DNA from: Eubacterium sp.
Lineage (GTDB): Bacteria; Bacillota; Clostridia; Lachnospirales; Lachnospiraceae
Reading direction: 5' to 3'
NCBI GenBank assembly: GCA_017459675.1
Contig: JAFUCM010000006.1
Coordinates: forward strand, 1-62,856
DNA length: 62,856 nt
Below are positions 57,285 to 62,856 of this stretch, in pieces. Numbering within the stretch: position 1 is the stretch's first letter; each line of letters begins with the position of its first letter. Below the pieces are notes generated by a model that was not told the DNA's origin, did no database searches, and saw only the letters and a list, made by a program, of their open reading frames with translations. The position numbers and the translations under genes are program-made.

Positions 57285-58103
57285 ATGAAACAGCTTTCAT
57301 TTAACCGCGGCACACAGTATGTCGCATCCGCAGATCTGATGAATACCGTCAACATTGCCATTGCACTGCAGAAGCCGCTTCTGGTCAAGGGCGAGCCGGG
57401 CACAGGCAAGACGATGCTGGCGCAGGCCGTAGCCGACGCACTCGGCAAAAAGCTGATCATCTGGAATATCAAGTCCACGACAAAGGCACAGGACGGTCTG
57501 TACGTCTACGACGTTGTTCAGCGTCTCTATGACAGCCAGTTTGGCAGCGCGGGCGTCGATGACATTGCCAGCTATATCAAATTCGGTAAACTCGGCGAGG
57601 CGTTCCAGTCCGATGAGCAGGTCGTCCTGCTGATCGATGAGATCGACAAAGCCGATCTGGAATTCCCGAACGACCTTCTGTGGGAACTGGATCAGATGGA
57701 ATTCTATATCCCGGAGACAAAAGAGACGATCCGCGCGAAGCAGCGTCCGATCGTAATCATTACATCCAATGCAGAAAAAGAACTGCCGGATGCATTTCTG
57801 CGCCGGTGCATTTTCCACTACATTGAATTTCCGGATCCGGAACAGATGGAAGATATTATAAATGTGCATTTCGACCGTCTGGAAGACAAGCTGGTCTCGC
57901 AGGCAATTACGGCGTTCTATCAGGTGCGGCAGATGCGCGGCATCGAGAAGAAGCCAAGCACGTCTGAACTGATCGACTGGCTGCGCGCCCTGACCGTCAG
58001 CGGTGTCAATCCGAAGAAAATCACCAGCACGATTCCGCTTGCCGGGGTGCTGCTGAAGAAGGACAAGGATCTGGCGACGCTGAACCGGAATTTGCGGAGA
58101 TAA
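57285..58103 (+). CDS. MoxR-family AAA+ ATPase
   Basis: PLLVKGEPGTGKT, LLIDEIDKAD..FPNDLL, ITSNAEKELPDAFLRRC, KKPSTSEL.DW. Confidence 0.9.
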   Translation: MKQLSFNRGTQYVASADLMNTVNIAIALQKPLLVKGEPGTGKTMLAQAVADALGKKLIIWNIKSTTKAQDGLYVYDVVQRLYDSQFGSAGVDDIASYIKFGKLGEAFQSDEQVVLLIDEIDKADLEFPNDLLWELDQMEFYIPETKETIRAKQRPIVIITSNAEKELPDAFLRRCIFHYIEFPDPEQMEDIINVHFDRLEDKLVSQAITAFYQVRQMRGIEKKPSTSELIDWLRALTVSGVNPKKITSTIPLAGVLLKKDKDLATLNRNLRR

Positions 58104-58107
58104 AGAT

Positions 58108-59304
58108 ATGTTCATTGAATATTTCTACCTGCTCAGAAAGCGCGGCCTTGACGTCGCTCCGAACGAATGGATGTCGCTTCTGGAGGCGCTTGAGAAGGGG
58201 CTGCACGGCTCGACGCTGACCGGGTTTTATCACGTGGCCAGGGCGATCCTGGTGAAAAATGAAACCGAGTTTGACCGGTTCGACCAGATTTTTCTGGAGT
58301 ATTTTCAGGGCGTTCCGTTTGAGGGTGAAATTCCGGATGAACTGATGGACTGGCTGAATCATCCGTCGGAAAATCTGTTCCGGGAGCTGGAGGAACTGAA
58401 GGCGGCCGGTGTGCTGGACGAGACGCTCGAAGAGCTGCTGAAAAGGCTGGAGGAGCGTCTGGCGGAACAGACCGAGGAGCACAATGGCGGCAATTACTGG
58501 GTCGGCACGCAGGGGCGCTCGGCATTCGGCAACAACGGATGGCATCCCGGCGGCATCCGCGTCGGCGGAAAATCCATGCACCGCTCTGCGGTCGCAGTGG
58601 CGAGCCAGCGCGTATACCGTGATTTCCGAAAGGATAATAAACTGGATACGCGGCAGTTCCAGATGGCATTCCGCCTGCTGCGCAATCTGTCAGCACAGAG
58701 CAACGAAGAAGAATTTGACGTGGATGCGACCATTCACGACACGTGTGAAAATGCCGGTACGCTGCAGGTACGCTACAAAAAGGCGCGGCGCAACACCATC
58801 AAGGTCCTGATGCTGATGGACAGCGGCGGCTCCATGGACTACTATTCCGGTCTCTGCAGCCAGCTGTTTCAGGCGGCCGTATCCTCGCGGCATTTCAAAG
58901 AACTGCACACGTATTATTTTCACAACTGTATCGGCTCCAACGTCTACACCGATCCGCGGATGAATTTCGACAGTGCCGTACAGTTCGAGAAGTTTCTGGC
59001 ACAGTATGATAAGAGCTACCGGGTCATTCTGGTCGGTGACGCGGCCATGAATCCATATGAGCTGGAGCATCCGCAGTATAATTTCCAGACGCATTCCTAC
59101 GGACTGTCCGGGATTGAATGTTTCCGGCAGATGAAGCGGCATTTTCCGCATATCATCTGGCTGAATCCGGAATCCATGCCGACCTATGACAATTACTGGA
59201 CGCGCACGCACCTGCAGCTCGCGGAGATGTTTAATATGTTTGATCTCTCCGTGGAAGGACTGGAAAGCGGGATGAAGCAGCTGCTTGTGCGAAAGGCGGG
59301 GTAA
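58108..59304 (+). CDS. VWA (CoxE-like) domain protein, MoxR partner
   Basis: HNGG..WVGT.G.S.FG, MDSGGSM (MIDAS), YYFHNC, VGDA.M.PYE, WLNP. Confidence 0.85.
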   Translation: MFIEYFYLLRKRGLDVAPNEWMSLLEALEKGLHGSTLTGFYHVARAILVKNETEFDRFDQIFLEYFQGVPFEGEIPDELMDWLNHPSENLFRELEELKAAGVLDETLEELLKRLEERLAEQTEEHNGGNYWVGTQGRSAFGNNGWHPGGIRVGGKSMHRSAVAVASQRVYRDFRKDNKLDTRQFQMAFRLLRNLSAQSNEEEFDVDATIHDTCENAGTLQVRYKKARRNTIKVLMLMDSGGSMDYYSGLCSQLFQAAVSSRHFKELHTYYFHNCIGSNVYTDPRMNFDSAVQFEKFLAQYDKSYRVILVGDAAMNPYELEHPQYNFQTHSYGLSGIECFRQMKRHFPHIIWLNPESMPTYDNYWTRTHLQLAEMFNMFDLSVEGLESGMKQLLVRKAG

Positions 59305-59310
59305 AGGATC

Positions 59311-59742
59311 ATGAAGAACTCAAGCCGGTTTTTTGAAAACAGGGAATGCCGGTATTTTCCGTGTCATAAAGACCAGGATCCGTTCAACTGCCTGTTCTGT
59401 TACTGTCCGTTTTATCTGAAGGAGCATTGTCCGGGAAATCCGACGTGGCTGAAGGTGAAGAAACGGGCTGCTGCAGCTGACAGTGCCGGACCGGATGATT
59501 GTGCTGCAGGCGGCAGTGCTGCGGATTGCCATGCCGCGGGCGGTCATGCTGAAGGCGGCCATGCTGCAGGCAGTGCCCCGGAAGCGGCTGCAGAGGCTGG
59601 ATTTAAGATTATCAAGGACTGCACGAACTGCACGTTTCCGCACAGACCGGAAAGCTATGATGTAATTATCGATTTCATCCGCAGGGAAAATGAGACACGG
59701 GAATTCAGCGGGGAGATCTGGGACAAGGCGATCGAGGTATAA
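59311..59742 (+). CDS. Cysteine-rich small-domain (zinc-finger-like) protein with Ala/Gly/His insertion
   Basis: FFENRECRYFPCH...FNCLFCYCP.Y...CPGN...IKDCTNCTFPH. Confidence 0.75.
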   Translation: MKNSSRFFENRECRYFPCHKDQDPFNCLFCYCPFYLKEHCPGNPTWLKVKKRAAAADSAGPDDCAAGGSAADCHAAGGHAEGGHAAGSAPEAAAEAGFKIIKDCTNCTFPHRPESYDVIIDFIRRENETREFSGEIWDKAIEV

Positions 59743-59746
59743 AAGG

Positions 59747-60598
59747 ATGGGAAAGAAACTGGTTTTTCTGGATCTTGACGGTACGGCGCTGACCGATGAC
59801 AAGAAACTTCCGGCGGGAAACCGGAAGGCAATTGACGAGGCAATGGCAGCGGGACACAAAATCGTTGTGACGACCGGGCGCCCGCTCGCAAGCGCGCGGA
59901 AGCAGGCGGAGCGACATGGTCTGGCCGGCCCGGGAAGCTATATTGTAGCTTACAACGGCGGCCTGATCTATGATGTAGAGCATGAGAAGACGATATTCCA
60001 GCAGACCATTGATCTTGCGACGGTCCGCGAGGTTTTTGCAGAGGCGGCAAGACGCGGCGTGCATATCCAGGCCTACCGCGGAGAAAAAGTGCTGGTGGAT
60101 CCGAAAAATGATGACGCGGAGCTGCAGAGCTACTGCAGTCTGATTGAGATTGATTATGAAGTGATTCCGGATATTGCGGAACTGGAAGACGAACCGGTGA
60201 AGATGCATTCGAGTACGCTGGCGATGCAGCCGCATGGCAGAGACAGTTCGGCGGCAGAGCCGGATCAGGGGCTGGTTGCGCTGCGTGACTGGATCAATTT
60301 GAACTATCCGGAAAAGCTGGATGCATTTCTCTCGGCACCGGTGTATCTGGAAATTGTATCTCACGGAATGAACAAAGGAATCGCCGTTCATAAGATGGCG
60401 GAACTGCTGGGTTATCCGATCAGCGATACCATTGCGATCGGAGATGAGGCGAATGACATTCCGATGATCCGCGAAGCGGGGACCGGCGCAGCGATGTGCA
60501 ATGGTCTTGCGGCTGCGAAGGAAGCGGCGGACTATGTCACAACGGCGGATAATAATCATGATGGTGTTGCAGAGGTGCTGAGAAAGTTCGTTTTATAA
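59747..60598 (+). CDS. Cof-type HAD-IIB hydrolase
   Basis: FLDLDGT, TTGR, NGG, NKG, AIGDEANDIPM, NNHDGVA. Confidence 0.9.
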   Translation: MGKKLVFLDLDGTALTDDKKLPAGNRKAIDEAMAAGHKIVVTTGRPLASARKQAERHGLAGPGSYIVAYNGGLIYDVEHEKTIFQQTIDLATVREVFAEAARRGVHIQAYRGEKVLVDPKNDDAELQSYCSLIEIDYEVIPDIAELEDEPVKMHSSTLAMQPHGRDSSAAEPDQGLVALRDWINLNYPEKLDAFLSAPVYLEIVSHGMNKGIAVHKMAELLGYPISDTIAIGDEANDIPMIREAGTGAAMCNGLAAAKEAADYVTTADNNHDGVAEVLRKFVL

Positions 60599-60618
60599 TG
60601 CGAATCTGGTAAAAAAAT

Positions 60619-60648
60619 AAACCGCGCCGGGTTTCTCCGGCGCGGTTT
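60619..60648. terminator. Bidirectional terminator between convergent genes
   Basis: AAACCGCGCCGG/CCGGCGCGGTTT with A-run on the left. Confidence 0.75.
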
Positions 60649-60651
60649 GCT

Positions 60652-61578
60652 TTATCCGACGGGTTCTACATTCTGGAGATCTGACTTCTGGTGGATGACA
60701 GCCGGCAGCACATCTGCCAGCACAATTGCCGCAAACATGAGGCCGCAGCCGGCAAGCTCGCGGGCGGACATCGCCTGATGCAGGATCAGCCATCCGGCGA
60801 GAACGCTGATGCAGGATTCCATACTCATCAGCAGCGAAGCGACAGCCGGGTGAATGCCTTTCTGTGCCACGACCTGCAGCGTGTAGGCAATGCCGCATGA
60901 GAAGATGCCCGCGTATCCGATCGGGAGCCAGGCGTCCCGTACGGCCCGGAAGTCCGGATGCACGAAGAGAATCATCAGTATGACAGAGATCACGCTTACC
61001 GTCAAAAACTGGATGCATGACATTGCGATGCCGTCGACCTGATCGGTGTAATGATCGATCGTCAGAATATGGAACGAGAAGAAGACGGCGCAGACCATGG
61101 TCAGCAGATCGCCGCGGTTGATCGTGAAGGATTCATTGATGCAAATCAGATACAGACCGCCGACGGCCAGAAGGATTGCCAGCCAGATCGTGCGGGATAC
61201 TTTTTTTCCGAACAACATGGAAATGACCGGTACAAGCACGACATAGAAGGCTGTGATAAATCCGGATTTCCCCGCAGTGGTGTATTTAATTCCGTAGGAC
61301 TGGATTGTGCTTGCGGCAAAGAGCAGGATGCCGCAGACGATTCCGCCGGTCAGATGAATCCGTCGCCCCTGCCGCAGCCGCACGCGCAGTTCCGGCGCTT
61401 TTTTCATGCGGATCAACATGACAATCATCAGAAAGACTGTCGCAAGGATGGAGCGGGTTCCGTTAAAAACCAGCGGGTTAACGGTCTCCATGCCGACGCT
61501 CTGGGCCACAAAGGAGGTTCCCCAGATCGCTGCGGTCAGCAGGAGCAGAAAAGAGTTTCGTAAGGTCTGGCGCTGCAT
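60652..61578 (-). CDS. EamA/DMT family transporter
   Basis: IWGTSFVAQ, YTTAGKSGFIT, AYTLQVVAQK, SLLMSMES. Confidence 0.88.
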   Translation of the reverse strand: MQRQTLRNSFLLLLTAAIWGTSFVAQSVGMETVNPLVFNGTRSILATVFLMIVMLIRMKKAPELRVRLRQGRRIHLTGGIVCGILLFAASTIQSYGIKYTTAGKSGFITAFYVVLVPVISMLFGKKVSRTIWLAILLAVGGLYLICINESFTINRGDLLTMVCAVFFSFHILTIDHYTDQVDGIAMSCIQFLTVSVISVILMILFVHPDFRAVRDAWLPIGYAGIFSCGIAYTLQVVAQKGIHPAVASLLMSMESCISVLAGWLILHQAMSARELAGCGLMFAAIVLADVLPAVIHQKSDLQNVEPVG

Positions 61579-61660
61579 AAAGAAATTGATGTCCTTTCTT
61601 ATCTTTACTAAAACGCTACTATATTAGCAGAATTAAAGCGGATGGACAAGAAGAAGATGA

Positions 61661-61694
61661 ATAATGCCCGGCGCTGTATGCACCGGGCAATTAT
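61661..61694 (-). terminator. Putative terminator of the trp operon
   Basis: ATAATGCCCGG.GC/GC.CCGGGCA.TTAT hairpin just after the trpA stop. Confidence 0.55.
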
Positions 61695-61696
61695 AT

Positions 61697-62467
61697 TCAG
61701 CAAAGAGCCGCTTTCATCTCTCCGACATATGCTCCCACATAGTCTGCCGCGTTTGTTCCGTGCGCGGCGAGCAGCTTGATAATGGCGGAACCGACGATGG
61801 CGCCGTCTGATATGGCGGCCATTTTTTTTGCCTGTTCCGGAGTTGAGATGCCAAATCCGATGGCGCAGGGAACATCGGTGTTCTCCCGCACAACTTTCAC
61901 AATGGAAGCCAGATCCGTTTTGATTTCGCTGCGCGTGCCGGTCACGCCGAGACTGGAGACGATGTAAAGGAAACCTTCCGCCTCTTTCGCGATCATCGCA
62001 ATCCGGTTTTCAGAGGTCGGTGCGATCATGGAAATGAGATCGACGCCGTATTTCCGGCACAGCGGCAGGAATTCATCCTTTTCCTCAAATGGAACGTCAG
62101 GCAGGATCAGGCCGTCCACGGAAAGATCGCGGCAGGCTGCGATGAATTTTTCTGCGCCATAGGAAAATACGACATTTGCATAGGTCATAAATACCAGCGG
62201 AACACGGACGTCACGCCGCAGTTCTGCGATGAAAGAAAAAATCTGATCGGTCGTGACGCCGCCTGCGAGTGCGCGCATATTTGCCGCCTGGATGACGGGA
62301 CCCTCCGCGGTCGGATCAGAGAACGGGATGCCAAGCTCAATCAGATCCGCACCGTTTGCCACAGCCGCGCGGACGACTTTGCCGGTAGTCTCCAGATCCG
62401 GATCGCCGCAGGTAATAAAGGGTATAAATGCCTTGCCGTTCTGAAATGCTTTTCTGATATTACTCAT
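61697..62467 (-). CDS. trpA: Tryptophan synthase alpha chain
   Basis: [51 protein letters not shown]. Confidence 0.93.
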   Translation of the reverse strand: MSNIRKAFQNGKAFIPFITCGDPDLETTGKVVRAAVANGADLIELGIPFSDPTAEGPVIQAANMRALAGGVTTDQIFSFIAELRRDVRVPLVFMTYANVVFSYGAEKFIAACRDLSVDGLILPDVPFEEKDEFLPLCRKYGVDLISMIAPTSENRIAMIAKEAEGFLYIVSSLGVTGTRSEIKTDLASIVKVVRENTDVPCAIGFGISTPEQAKKMAAISDGAIVGSAIIKLLAAHGTNAADYVGAYVGEMKAALC

Positions 62468-62856
62468 GAAGATCCTCCCCTCTGTAGCGCGCAATCGCCG
62501 CAACATCTTTGTCGCCGCGGCCGGAAAGCGTGATGACAAGCAGATTGTCTTTGCTCATCTGCGGCGCGATTTTCATTGCATGTGCGACAGCGTGCGCCGA
62601 CTCAATTGCCGGGATAATGCCCTCGGTTTTCGCCAGATATTCAAATGCCGAGACGGCTTCCTCGTCGGTAACCGGAACGTACTCTGCGCGGCCGGTGTCG
62701 TGCAGATACGCGTGCTCCGGTCCGATGCCGGGGTAATCCAGACCGGCTGAAATAGAATAGACCGGCGCGATCTGACCGTACTGATCCTGGCAGAAATAGG
62801 ACTTCATGCCGTGGAAAATACCGGGTTTTCCGGTTGCGATGGTCGCTGCAGTCTCA
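62460..62856 (-). CDS. trpB: Tryptophan synthase beta chain (3' part; 5' end outside the window)
   Basis: [35 protein letters not shown]; overlaps the trpA start. Confidence 0.93.
   Translation of the reverse strand, partial: ETAATIATGKPGIFHGMKSYFCQDQYGQIAPVYSISAGLDYPGIGPEHAYLHDTGRAEYVPVTDEEAVSAFEYLAKTEGIIPAIESAHAVAHAMKIAPQMSKDNLLVITLSGRGDKDVAAIARYRGEDLHE

Noticed and set aside
1-62856. Prophage, ICE, IS transposase, tRNA or rRNA
   Set aside because: No integrase, transposase or phage hallmark proteins and no RNA-gene signatures recognised by eye

Overview
Chromosomal window of a Clostridia/Lachnospiraceae-like anaerobe (inferred from gene content and sigmaA-type TTGACA-N17-TATAAT promoters). 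No rRNA, tRNA, CRISPR array, integrase or transposase was seen. From left to right: (1) three tandem Uma2/DUF820 nuclease paralogs, with a fourth at 22.7 kb; (2) a cobalamin-riboswitch-controlled tetrapyrrole/corrinoid operon (lipoprotein CbiK, surface proteins with a repeated uncharacterised domain, cbiL, ABC-2 pair, cobA-hemD, sirC-like, bioY-like, orphan BtuF-like SBP, hemC, DMT, cytoplasmic cbiK); (3) a sigma-less partner-switching-like operon (MATE-HATPase, HD hydrolase, STAS-kinase, HAMP-PP2C-HATPase); (4) a ~26-kb nitrogen-assimilation supercluster (asnB, PEP/pyruvate-binding protein, GSIII, gltBD, purF, amtB-PII fusion, carAB, degenerate carbamate kinase, catalytically degenerate GS-I, ANTAR protein, pyrG); (5) barnase/barstar-hydrolase, GT2-GtrA, NAGPA, MoxR-VWA, HAD, DMT and trpBA. 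The best candidate for an undescribed system is in (4). All four promoters of the cluster are followed by single C-AAAGnn-G hexaloop hairpins embedded in terminators (five in total), and the cognate ANTAR gene sits directly behind a pseudo-glutamine synthetase and a pseudo-carbamate kinase, suggesting a pseudoenzyme-sensed RNA antitermination regulon. Several families of MITE/REP-like palindromes are also present. Product calls come from motif recognition only; no database search was run.
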